A stretch of DNA of 62,682 nt, the filler included, from Stramenopiles sp. TOSAG23-2 (lineage: Eukaryota): assembly GCA_900128395.1 (NCBI GenBank). It is 7 parts of 7 records of this genome, joined end to end, with 100 filler letters (N's around TTAATTAATTAA, not from the genome) between each part and the next. Parts side by side here need not be neighbours in the genome. Positions count along the whole stretch, not along the records: positions 35,817 to 47,615 come from LT649897.1; positions 47,716 to 59,506 come from LT649898.1; 5 more parts are not named here. One strand, written 5' to 3'. Positions within the stretch are counted from its first letter, which is position 1, and every line of letters starts with the position of its first letter. This document shows positions 45,901 to 55,366 of this stretch, one piece after another. A program made the position numbers and the translations under genes. The notes below the pieces were generated by a model, which was not told where the DNA came from, made no database searches, and saw only the letters and a program-made list of their open reading frames with translations.

Positions 45901-46038
45901 CGTACAATATAAATTATCATGTATGCCTGTGCATTTTCCTCGTCCCCAATAACCACCTAAAAACCCTTTCCCTTGATTAATTTTTGTTTTTGCAAAACCA
46001 GTAATATAACATGGTTTCCCAGTATTATCGCGCAACAT
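42901..46038 (-). CDS. Neutral/alkaline ceramidase-like metallohydrolase fused to a beta-propeller-like domain
   Basis: SCTHTHTGP, NRR, MHPT, SADY, GCCGDINP, PGEMF, GYANG..GYFPT; C-terminal half rich in beta repeats (LYFGT, FLAYDP, LYGLTWPSG, VYFTN). Confidence 0.75.
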   Translation of the reverse strand: MLRDNTGKPCYITGFAKTKINQGKGFLGGYWGRGKCTGIHDNLYCTATYIYETKVPGAVEKITKENLPPSYNDMPIILISLDLIGTSAKFAKKCQKEIAIALNWPSSFAYEDRIVVSCTHTHTGPQTNQYFIGMGHATDKYMLELIETIVLTVNDAIKNREYCRIYYIKTRDFEDIAINRRQRCNNDNNNNNINPNLKWFEISGKTILGQRLEGPIIPYAEALVFETYSTYAALHGSSWVELPKTLHGIIVTYSMHPTCVGKKTLESADYCGHLCQYISSQYKNEPVTMYLNGCCGDINPIDHRSGYHGARKIGEALGKRLVEAINKTRQQGYHNSNYDEIQPYIKCMSMTLNLPLEPLPTKEEALKFANQQNEWVQEAEKTFHQQNKYLHTPKPTAISTTTTTTTTTSTTTIANAGTSSTSEHNNDDDKKEKERKREYEESLPTIEDVLRAPVSCCEYSLELVKRVQERVNDNMKQSTMQFNVNTITLGKNLALVFLPGEMFSEYELKIKTFSPFQNTICVGYANGCHGYFPTKAEYPYGGYEVCNAFRVYGKFQRISQEAEDYILNATKQSLDACNSRLKAIKFDSNFTQAHDSYNGIGTNADRNKIYYVLCSVYHNIGAKMYSIDAVGLNHNVTNNNNMLLPKPQYIGDLTNACGDDDGSTIAQGKSHVPFFEDVETKKLYFGTHVGFYTFVDGMETLPISSGLPDGYKKYNGGCFLAYDPISQTYENIARLQDGEGLLTFARCSNSGNLYGLTWPSGYFVMVNAIREDDHGLITYTYDAPVKYDYDGRGEGESQHPRTGNYRCICRSMVVSPIDGNVYFTNAKGDILKYDYTNKTVSVSFEGGMKRDYFGTYDHTKPGSMSYNWRQVCWNATNNCVLGVHGNSGYLFAFYPASTFGGTKMNDELNIITRLTSLPSQRSGMFDLFSYGYLGFTCVDNIIYYLTGGPIVLGTGETIKGKDTKKGEAKGLENLHLVTYNLKDKKYCDHGPIYFEDGTFPIYVNSLAVCGDYVYAMGRTGSLEDPTKNLNEKTDLFCVKVDRTLL

Positions 46039-46044
46039 CTTGCC

Positions 46045-46076
<32 letters not shown>

Positions 46077-46341
46077 TTTTACATTACACAATTGTTATTA
46101 TTATGTTGTTGTTTGTATTACCCTATAAAAAAAAATATCTTTTTTGTGTTTTCGATGTATGATTGAACTTTTGGCACCACTCTTATTTATTTTTTTTTTT
46201 GAAGTTGTTGTTTTGTTGCAGAGGAGATGAAGATGATTTTTTTGTTGTTGTTGTTGATTTTTTGGTACAGCTACCTCCATATACCGTATTTATATTTCTC
46301 ATATATACGTCTCGTGTCGTCTCGTATTTAGAGGGGCTAAC

Positions 46342-46515
46342 GGGCTAACTATAAGAAGTCTATGTACTACAAATAAGCTATATTTCCAATGATAAGCCGA
46401 TGCTAAAAAAATGAACTTTCATCATCATTCTCATATAGGGGCTAACTATAAGAAGTCTATGTACTACAAGTATAAGCTATATTTCCAATGATAAGCCGAT
46501 GCTAAAAATGAACTT
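46342..46515. repeat. Diverged direct repeat (about 77-bp unit, period about 97 bp)
   Basis: GGGCTAACTATAAGAAGTCTATGTACTACAA..GATAAGCCGATGCTAAAA occurs twice with small indels. Confidence 0.85.
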
Positions 46516-46628
46516 TTTTTTTTTGTTAATTAAAACCAGCAGCTAACTTGAAGAAGAAATATTATTCTACTAAAACACATCATTGCCAGAAGATTGCATC
46601 ATTATTAACTTTACTCGTTGCCCACTCC

Positions 46629-46989
46629 AAATTTGATCACAGAATCTGTGATTGTGCTATGCTGTGTCCATGGGGAAATGTATCTTAAAAACACCAAAAT
46701 GCAACGACACTTCATACATGGGAATATCACAACGCCATCACAGATTCTGTGATGAAAGCAACATCTCGTCACAGATTCTGTGAAATTTCACAGAATCTGT
46801 GATGGCATTGTGCTATTCCCATGTATGAAATTTAATAAAATTCTACTATGAACATACCATTACAATATCACAGAATCTGTGAAATATCACAGATTCTGTG
46901 ATTGCTTAGACCTATTTTCTTTGTATGATTTATCGTTAATTCCACCATGGACACAGCATTGTGCAATCACAGATTCTGTGATCAAATTT
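46629..46989. mobile_element. Foldback/MITE-like element, 45-bp TIRs and seven TCACAGAWTCTGTGA units
   Basis: TIRs 46629-46673/46945-46989 (3 mismatches); inner 42-bp IR 46711-46752/46788-46829 (2 mismatches). Confidence 0.8.
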
Positions 46990-47028
46990 TTGAATATTTG
47001 AATTTTAATAAGATATTATATCAATTAC

Positions 47029-47040
47029 GATAGATAGATT

Positions 47041-47095
<55 letters not shown>

Positions 47096-47162
47096 TGTTA
47101 GGGTTAGATGCACACAATTACTTACATACAAACAGATATATATAAACACACACACATATACA

Positions 47163-47198
<36 letters not shown>

Positions 47199-47205
47199 TA
47201 TATAT
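47029..47205. repeat. (GATA)n, (CA)n, (CATA)n, (TA)n microsatellite cluster
   Basis: Visible simple repeats. Confidence 0.95.
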
Positions 47206-47615
47206 ATTTATTTATATTTTTCATTAAATCATTAAATAATTATATATATAAAATGGCAACTAACTGGTACACCAAAAGTCTGGAAGGATATTGACTGTTC
47301 ATATAACGTTTTCCACCTTTCATGTGGAGGTGTTGTTGCTGCCGAGGTAGATACTGAACCGAATAAATTGTCCATTTTACTAAATATTGCAACAAATAAA
47401 TTAAATGATTTAATTTAATAAAAGATCGGAAGTAAAACTTCTATGCTATGACTTCGATATTATTGTCACTTTTGTTAACAGTATTAAAGACCTTTCAAGA
47501 TATGCTCTTGCTATCAACTTTGTTCTGCTTTCTTTCTGTAACTTTGCTTGATATTGTATGTCCCCAATATATTTGTACTTCCCCGTTCTAAAAATAGATA
47601 TTCTAAAAATAGATA

Positions 47616-47715
47616 NNNNNNNNNNNNNNNNNNNNNNNNNNNNNNNNNNNNNNNNNNNNTTAATTAATTAANNNNNNNNNNNNNNNNNNNNNNNNNNNNN
47701 NNNNNNNNNNNNNNN
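47616..47715. other. Artificial contig linker
   Basis: N44-TTAATTAATTAA-N44. Confidence 0.99.
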
Positions 47716-47787
47716 ATTCCTTATATTGATTTCCGTCTTTAAAAAATCCCGTTATGCCCCGGTCATCATCGTGGGAGTTCTCAATTC

Positions 47788-47819
<32 letters not shown>

Positions 47820-47852
47820 GAAGTAATATTTTTTTTTTACAAAAAACCTTTT

Positions 47853-48311
47853 TTATGTTTCAGTTGAAATGACTTCAATATCACCTTCCAGATCCTCATC
47901 CTCATCAATGCTACCGCTATTATCATTACTATAATAGTCCTCACTACCGTTACCTTGGGATGGTGGTGGTGATGGAGTTTCATTACTACCATTATCATTT
48001 CCATCAATTATTTCATCACCATCTTCATATTCTTCTATTCCATCTTCATCATATTCTGATTCTTCATCTTCGTCCGTTTCCTCTGGAGGATTTGGGATTC
48101 TCGTATCATCTCCAAATTTTTTAATCGAAATAAATTTGATAGACAGTTTACCTTTTCCTTTATTACCATTTTTCTCCATCAAATTGTATTCCTTTACAGT
48201 ATTTCGATCTTGCTCTATAAAATCATGTATAAACTCATGATGATTAAATTCATGCATTGTAATTAATATTGCCACTATTACATTATACCATCTCATGTTT
48301 TGTATGTAATT
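47853..48311 (-). CDS. Probable terminal exon of an intron-containing gene with an acidic C-terminus
   Basis: Open frame preceded by a TTAATAG acceptor-like site; D/E-rich tail; upstream exons not resolved. Confidence 0.45.
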   Translation of the reverse strand, partial: NYIQNMRWYNVIVAILITMHEFNHHEFIHDFIEQDRNTVKEYNLMEKNGNKGKGKLSIKFISIKKFGDDTRIPNPPEETDEDEESEYDEDGIEEYEDGDEIIDGNDNGSNETPSPPPSQGNGSEDYYSNDNSGSIDEDEDLEGDIEVISTET

Positions 48312-48825
48312 CTATTAACTGATAATAATATATATGTATTCTAAAGCTACCAATGTATATTATTTTCTGTCTTCAATGTTTCTTTGCCATCTGTCTTATT
48401 ACTTTTTGTAAATGAATCTGCATGTATTACAAAAATACATATTATTAAATGTGTGTTTTATTATTATTAATATAAGTTTTGTATAGGACGACTAAAATAA
48501 TTTAACGGCACAAAATTTCCGAAATATTATTTACGTACTTGCTAGACTACGTTACATTGGATATTGTACATTAGGTCTTGTGGATTGTGGAATAATTTTT
48601 GGAAGTACTCGTAGTTGTAAAAAAGAAAATGCAAGGGGAGAGAGTGATAGATAGTTTTTGGTTTTCATCTGGGGGAGTGTTATGGATATATATTTTATAG
48701 AAATGTATGATACACGGTACATAAGATTCTTCCTTATTAGGGGGAGCTTTTTCATACATTATTTTTTTTTTAATATATATATTATTTTTTTTAATATTTT
48801 ATTTTAAAAACATTTTTTACTTTTC

Positions 48826-48872
48826 TTCTATTCCACTTTTTCCTATTCACAGGTTTCAAAAGCGTATATCAT
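48826..48872 (-). promoter_or_regulatory. Candidate form-II SECIS element
   Basis: ATGA-TATACGCTTTTG-AAA-CCTG(TGAA)TAGG-AAAAAGTGGAATA-GA, about 130 nt downstream of the stop of the multi-TGA ORF; helix I is weak. Confidence 0.5.
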
Positions 48873-49000
48873 CTCTTCATTTTTTTCTATCTCTCACAAA
48901 CATTTGAAAATGCAAAAGCACAAAATGTTTATTACGTACAAAATAGTAAATGATATATAAAAAATATTTCCAAAAACAATCGTTCATATAATAATTACAT

Positions 49001-51046
49001 TTAATGATGTCCACGTTGCAATCTTTTAATATCTGCTCCACAATATCCTTCAATGACATTTTTTAAACTACCAGATAACATGAAAATAATAACAAAAATT
49101 GCAACTGGCATACCATAAGCAAATAATTCACATGCATTGCCATCTCTATCAATTGGGCAATCACAAAAACAATCAGAAGTGCATGTATTTGTTCCATTGA
49201 TAATTGAAAAACTAGTACCTGAACAACTAGTATACCCCCCGCATATTAAATGATTATTAGGATCAGTTGGGCATGATGCGTATAATGGTTTTGGATGTAT
49301 TACTGGTTGGATAAAATAAGCCAACACCAACACACCAACACTCATGATCAATGTCAAAAATACAGTCAATAAATTCAAATCTCTTGCTTTTTTAATTATC
49401 ATCATTCTCCTATATTCATCTAAGATGAGAGTTGAGACATTATCCAATGATTTTTCATCGCCATTCATTCCTTTCATCAATGATAAATTACCATTTGTAG
49501 TCCCCCAAGCTTCAGTAGGGCTACGACCTTGCACACCTAAATTGATTCACATCTTTGCTTTAGCTTGTAGACCCATCATTAATGCCATTAAAGCTGGGAA
49601 AACACCAAAAATTTTCCACCAAAATTGTGCATTAGTGAAAAGCAAAACCAAATTAATTACAACAGCTATAGCACCCGCTCGGTTTCTATAGCGCATCATT
49701 CTCGCTTCAGTTGCATCAGATGCAGTTGTCATGGAACAATCTGATGGAATTTCCACTTGATCTAAAAGAGTGGAGCGTTTAATAGGCTTTTGCTCGGTTT
49801 CATTTTTACTTTGCATTACGTAGCTACCTTTCAATTTCTTTTCATCTTTGCTATTTCTTTTTTTAGTTTCATTGCTATTGGTAGTATCATCAGATTGTCA
49901 AGATCCATCGCAATTAGGGTTTTCTCATCCACTTTTCCTTTTTTTTCCCCTTTTCTCATCAACATTACGAGATGATAAAATGGAAGGCATTGGTTTTAAT
50001 TTTTTCTGTTTTTTTGGTCTATTTCACGATCCTTTTTTGGCCATCGTTTTTGCAGATGGCATACTAAATGCTGACATCAAACCACCAAAGGTTGAACTGC
50101 GCGATGAATCTGTTCTACCTCATGCAGATGAAGCAGAGCTTCTAGCACTATCAGATGTTACACCACCATTATTATTATTTCCATATTGATCGGTTATTTT
50201 ATTGAAGTTTAAATCTGGTACATTGTTTCTGGATAATGGAATTTCCCCTTGTTGCAATTGTAAATGTTGTTGTCGCATTTGTTCTTGTTGTTGGTGCACA
50301 TACAATTTTCGTTGATTCTCTCTATTTTCTTTTTCTTTCAAATATTGTAGATATTGTGCACTTTTTCTATTGTTAACATTATCATCGTTGTCGATTTTGT
50401 TATAATTAATATTTGTAATATTATTACTACGTTTCAGTGCTTCTATTCCATTTAAAATCAAAATTCGATCTCCAATAGCACGTATATTCATATCTCCTAA
50501 ATCAGCCTTTGTTAACGATCCTAAAACTTCGCCATTAATATTATTTTCAAACATGATTTCTTGATAGTTTGGAAAACCTATATAACCAATCCAATCTGCC
50601 ACATCTTCTATTGACCAATAATTTAAATTTTTTGGTAAATTTAACTCTTGTATTACATAACGTCTACGGTGTTGTAGAACTTTATATTTTTGACGCTTTT
50701 TTTCATATTTTTGGGATATTATAGGTTGTTGTTGTTGTATTTGATGCATATTATTTGGATATCCATAGTTGTAGTTGTTCTTCTTCTTCTTATTATCATT
50801 GTGATAATCACTTAATTGTCGTTGATGTTTATTAATATTATGTTCCACCAAAGAATCAGCAGGTAATAATTTTCTTTTCTTATTCAAATTATTATTATTA
50901 TTATTATTCGTTGGCAATTTCTGTTCCTCTTCCTCTACAACATTAATAATTGTTTCATTCTTTACCGAGTTAGTATCCGTCGTTATTGATTCATTCTTAA
51001 TGATGGGTGGATCCACATCCTCATTTTCTCTTTCTTCCTCCTCCAT
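49001..51046 (-). CDS. SAM-domain / multi-TM / EGF-like protein, 681 aa with five in-frame TGA (candidate selenoprotein)
   Basis: ORFs 50120-51046, 49547-49834 and 49001-49534 share one frame. The only internal stops are TGA at 50120-22, 50024-26, 49925-27, 49898-900 and 49547-49. SAM: WSIEDVADWIGYIGF..NINGEVL..IGDRILIL. Confidence 0.75.
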
Positions 51047-51320
51047 ATCACTACTAGCTAGCTAGCTCTAGCTACTTCACGCAACAAAATAAGTAGTTGT
51101 TGTAGGAAGTTACTATGGTGGAATAGATGATAACTGTCGTCACAAGTAGATACAAATATTATGTACATATGATTTACTTTTACTCTCTCCACTAACTAAG
51201 TAGATACAAATATATATATTTTTGTAAATATAATTGTAGCACTGTAGTATGTAGTATATTGATAAAAAAAAGTTCGTTGGGGCATAAGTATTTTTAAAAT
51301 TAACACCACACAGCATCGGT

Positions 51321-51428
51321 GGGCACGCGAAACTGAGCGTGACCGGGCACGCGAACCGTAGGCTGGTAGGTACAGTAGCTCTAGCTAGGAGCTACGCCCT
51401 ATCATGTGGGTTTAGTCCTGGCCGTATA
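51321..51428. repeat. Second copy of the GC-rich dispersed element seen at 26173-26345
   Basis: AAACTGAGCGTG and TACGCCCTATCATG(TG)GGTTTAGTCCTGGCCGTATA. Confidence 0.8.
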
Positions 51429-52056
51429 CTGTACTACTGTTGGACAAAGGAGCCGCCTGTCGTCTTTTAAAAAAGTATACTCATAAGACTAGATCATACC
51501 GTACTCAAGCAGACGAATGTGAGCGAGGCACGATTCGTACGTAGATATGATGAGGAGACGAAAGAGGTAGTATAGATGCATTGGAGAAGAGATGAAAGAG
51601 AGAGAGAGAGAGAAAACGGTGTGTGTATAGTTAATACGGAGAACGGACTTTTGAAAAACGTACAAAGTGTGTGCGTGTGGTGTGGTGTCAATATGTGTGT
51701 ATAAGGCAATACATTTGCAAAAGAGTTTTGATTTTCAGTGTCTGTGTGTAAATAGTGGGTGTGTGGTCTTTCGCGTTTATATATCATATATTGGTGTGCG
51801 GTGTGTTGTTTAGTTCACGTATATAAATATAGCTCAGGATTTGCATATTATCGTTCATGTATTTTCCGAAAGACTAATCAAAAAACATCATTGCTATATA
51901 AAATATGTGAAATATGTATATATATATATCTAGAATCTTGCCATGTTTATTCCCACAGATTGTGTGTAAGAATCGTTTCGTTCAGAGGCATTCAAATGTA
52001 CAATAAACAATCAAAAGCGATTTTTTGTTTTTTTTGAAAGAATTTCGGTTTTATCT

Positions 52057-52415
52057 GTCCTCAGAGAATTCGCCAAGTAAGTGTGTATGTCTCTACAATA
52101 TTCTTTTTATTTCAAAAGCATATTTCAGTAGCAGAATTGAATATAAATATCGTCACAGGAAGATTTACTTTCTTTCTTTCTTTCTTTCTTTCGCTTTTGA
52201 TGTATATCGTACATAATCTACGCATGAACATCTACATGTAGGTGAACTAATAGATGAGTAGCCATATATATATATATACATAAGATATAATTTTGTCATG
52301 TATGTGATTGCAATTCAAATTATATTAAAAAGTCCTCAGAAGAATTCGCCAAGTAGTTGTATTATCTCTACATGTTTCTTTCAGTAGCAGAATTGAATAT
52401 AGTTTCGTCACAGGA
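52057..52415. repeat. Diverged direct repeat (52057-52160 vs 52332-52415)
   Basis: Shared blocks GTCCTCAGA-GAATTCGCCAAGTA, TTTCAGTAGCAGAATTGAATATA, TCGTCACAGGA. Confidence 0.8.
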
Positions 52416-52578
52416 TCTTTCTATTTTAATATTTAATTATCGTTTTGCAAAAACATTTCAACATTTCAAAATTATATCACACGTATATATATAATATATA
52501 TATACCATATGCAATACACAATTAATATGCATATATATAAAGAACATGTATACAATATAATATATATACATCATATTA

Positions 52579-54249
52579 TTATTTTTCTTCTTCCTTGCAT
52601 TGGAAAAAATCACCATGAATACCAAAACTCATTAAATGTTTCCAATCATCTTGACAATATAACGTCGATATTGTTTTCATCGATTTTGCATCGATAATAG
52701 CAAGATAAGTAGCACTTTTTATTCCGTCATAAACAGATGCTAAAATAACACCATCATCTTCAGCTAATCCATTACCAGGTTTTTGAACGAATATTGGTTC
52801 GCCTGGGAAATGACCTTGAACAAACCACGGAATTACATTACTAATACTATCATCAGCATTAGTATCATCATTAATATTATTACATACATCTACTTTGATC
52901 AATGCAGTGTCAGCAAAGTGATTTGATCCAGCTGCATGTGGAGCCCATCCATACCAATAACAACTTGTTTCTGTACTTTTTAAACCATTTATACGAGGTA
53001 GTTCGACGGTTGTGTATAATTTACCACTTGCATCTATCAATGGTGTCATGGTATAATTGACAACAAGCGACGACGACTTGATTCTCTTATTATTTATACT
53101 TTCATCAGGTATAGGTATTTCATATCTTCTATATTCAGCAGTTCCAACTAATTTATCACGTATGGATGTATTTAACATGTTATGTATTGTTAAGCCAGAC
53201 GATGGTACCAGACCGCTGGTCATATTATTTGCTAAAACATCCATGTATATCTTATTATTTGCTTCAAATCCATTTATATGATGGAAGGCAAAAAAAGCAT
53301 CAGCTTTATATTCAGTTACTTTCTTTGTTTGTAAGTTAATTACATATAATGCAGTACCATCTTCTGGACTCCATTTTAAAGAATTCATCACAGGTTTTGC
53401 TGCCATAATATTTCCAAGTTCCCATGTAAATGGTGCAGCAGCTAAGATGGCATAATTTTTAGTAACGGTGAAACTATGTATATATGGTAATTTTTTCACT
53501 TTAATAGTTGCCAACTGTTCACGTGTATTTGTATGTTGATTTACACGATAGACAATTATTGAATGTTTACCAATGCCAACAATAGCAACTGGATTTATAC
53601 GCATGACGAAATTAATTGTATCACCACTTGGTAATTGTTGCGGATGCGCTGCAGTAATTTTATCAAAATAATTTGTCCACGTATCGTTCCATTTATGTTC
53701 AATCGTCGTCATATCTTCTAAATTTAATATTTTCCCCGCACCTTTATTTGATGTATAATCACTTGTTAAAACAATATTCCCAGCAATATCAACTACATTG
53801 ACATTAAAATTGTCAGTGCAATTATCTGTCATTGCTTTTGCGTTTGATTCATGTGGCACCGTAGTACCAAGTAATCTAGACGGACATATATCCCCACTAT
53901 TAACAGATACATTGTAAAAATTTGAACGTAAAAAGTTTGCACGTAAAGAGACAGTACCCCCCTTTGTAAACTTATATCGTAAAAGTTTTCCAAAACCATC
54001 AAATGTATGAGTTAAATGTCTGGTATGTTCTTCAAATTTACTAGCACTTTGCCTTACATACGAACCACATAACCACGTTGGCACGGTGCCATCATTTGGT
54101 TTCAAAACAGTTTCTTCTAAAACTTCAGCAGACGAGGTTGTAAATACACCAGCAAGTGGATCTGTTGTTGTTGTTGCTGCTGCTGACGCAAATGTTATTA
54201 TTAATACTACTATCAACAATATATGTTGTTGTAACAGTAAACTATACAT
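52579..54249 (-). CDS. Carotenoid cleavage dioxygenase (BCO/RPE65 family) with N-terminal signal peptide
   Basis: HTFDGFG, four Fe-ligand His motifs (TAAHP, YIHSF, FHHIN, FGIHG), ELPRIN, GEPIFV, EDDGVIL. Confidence 0.93.
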   Translation of the reverse strand: MYSLLLQQHILLIVVLIITFASAAATTTTDPLAGVFTTSSAEVLEETVLKPNDGTVPTWLCGSYVRQSASKFEEHTRHLTHTFDGFGKLLRYKFTKGGTVSLRANFLRSNFYNVSVNSGDICPSRLLGTTVPHESNAKAMTDNCTDNFNVNVVDIAGNIVLTSDYTSNKGAGKILNLEDMTTIEHKWNDTWTNYFDKITAAHPQQLPSGDTINFVMRINPVAIVGIGKHSIIVYRVNQHTNTREQLATIKVKKLPYIHSFTVTKNYAILAAAPFTWELGNIMAAKPVMNSLKWSPEDGTALYVINLQTKKVTEYKADAFFAFHHINGFEANNKIYMDVLANNMTSGLVPSSGLTIHNMLNTSIRDKLVGTAEYRRYEIPIPDESINNKRIKSSSLVVNYTMTPLIDASGKLYTTVELPRINGLKSTETSCYWYGWAPHAAGSNHFADTALIKVDVCNNINDDTNADDSISNVIPWFVQGHFPGEPIFVQKPGNGLAEDDGVILASVYDGIKSATYLAIIDAKSMKTISTLYCQDDWKHLMSFGIHGDFFQCKEEEK

Positions 54250-54865
54250 GATTATGGTATATATTTATTTATATATATATATATACAGAGAGAGAGGAAT
54301 TTTTTTAAAATTACGTTCGTCCCTAACATTCACATATAATAAGTATCTTGATTGAACTGATCTAGTTGATACAAACGAATGAAAAGTGAAATGAATATTA
54401 ATGTTCTTACTTTCTCTGTCAATATCTGTAGTTCTGATGTAATTTGTTTAAATATACAATGCCATTCATTTTTTTATCCCTTCTTTCTCTTCTTCTTCTT
54501 TTTTTTTGTTGGCATTTTTTGGCTTGTTGTTTTTACAATGCTGTGTGTATGATGTTCTAAATGTAGTGCTATTGATATGCTATTAATAATTGCATTTAAA
54601 AATTTAAGAAGATCAATGAAAATGTATACGGCCCTTCCTCCAGTTGTGCAGTTAATACCTGGAATACAAGTCTTGTAGTAAAAATAATAATAATTTTAGT
54701 AAAAGGAGATACTTCTTCATTAATAATCGAAATGGTGTTTCAACATAATTTACAAGAAGACACATTGGATGGATAGAAATTATTAACATCATTAAATATA
54801 ACATACAGTAATAATACAAATTGATTTTACGCGTGTGTGTATATATATATACATATATAAGAAGA

Positions 54866-55366
54866 ATGGCACAAGTATTTTTATTAGATATTGAAAATAG
54901 AAAAGGTATTACAATTTATAATGAAAATAATAATAATCCTAGTGATTTAAATATATTTCCAAATGTAAAGAGACGGCCGAATGGATCTTTATTAATTTAT
55001 GTCATCCCATCCAATACTGGAAGGCGTTTAGAATGGTTATATGCAAAAGATAATAGCGGTAAAATCATAGATTATCGACAATTTAAAATAAATAGTACAG
55101 AAAATAATAATAATAATAATAATGAAACAACAATAAATGAAACATATGAATTGGAAATTAGTGTAAGGCATATACCACAACACGCAGTAAAACAAAACGG
55201 CAATAAGTTAAATATTGAGCCACTAGTTACAGAAATTGTACCATTTGCAGTATGGTCAGGGGAAAATGTTTACCAAGGAAAAATATGTGAAAATTTAACA
55301 ACTGAAGAAGCTGAATTAAAGGAAATGGTTGAGTGGGCAAAGAAGGAATTATCATCTGAAACTTGA
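54866..55366 (+). CDS. Hypothetical protein, possibly degenerate desulfoferrodoxin/SOR-like fold
   Basis: 166-aa ORF; LEWLYAKDNSGKII..F and EIVPFAVW..VYQG resemble SOR strands, but the His/Cys ligands are absent. Confidence 0.45.
   Translation: MAQVFLLDIENRKGITIYNENNNNPSDLNIFPNVKRRPNGSLLIYVIPSNTGRRLEWLYAKDNSGKIIDYRQFKINSTENNNNNNNETTINETYELEISVRHIPQHAVKQNGNKLNIEPLVTEIVPFAVWSGENVYQGKICENLTTEEAELKEMVEWAKKELSSET

Noticed and set aside
46637-46981. CRISPR-like array of palindromic repeats
   Set aside because: Spacing is irregular (4-86 nt), the spacers are inverted copies of each other, the context is eukaryotic and there are no cas genes.
48700-48765. AATGTATGA...TCATACATT inverted repeat as a second SECIS
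   Set aside because: The GA is Watson-Crick paired with TC, so the tandem G.A/A.G core cannot form.
49537-49550. 14-nt GT..AG micro-intron (GTGAATCAATTTAG) that would remove the fifth TGA
   Set aside because: It is shorter than known spliceosomal introns, and removing it shifts the frame into a TAG within four codons.
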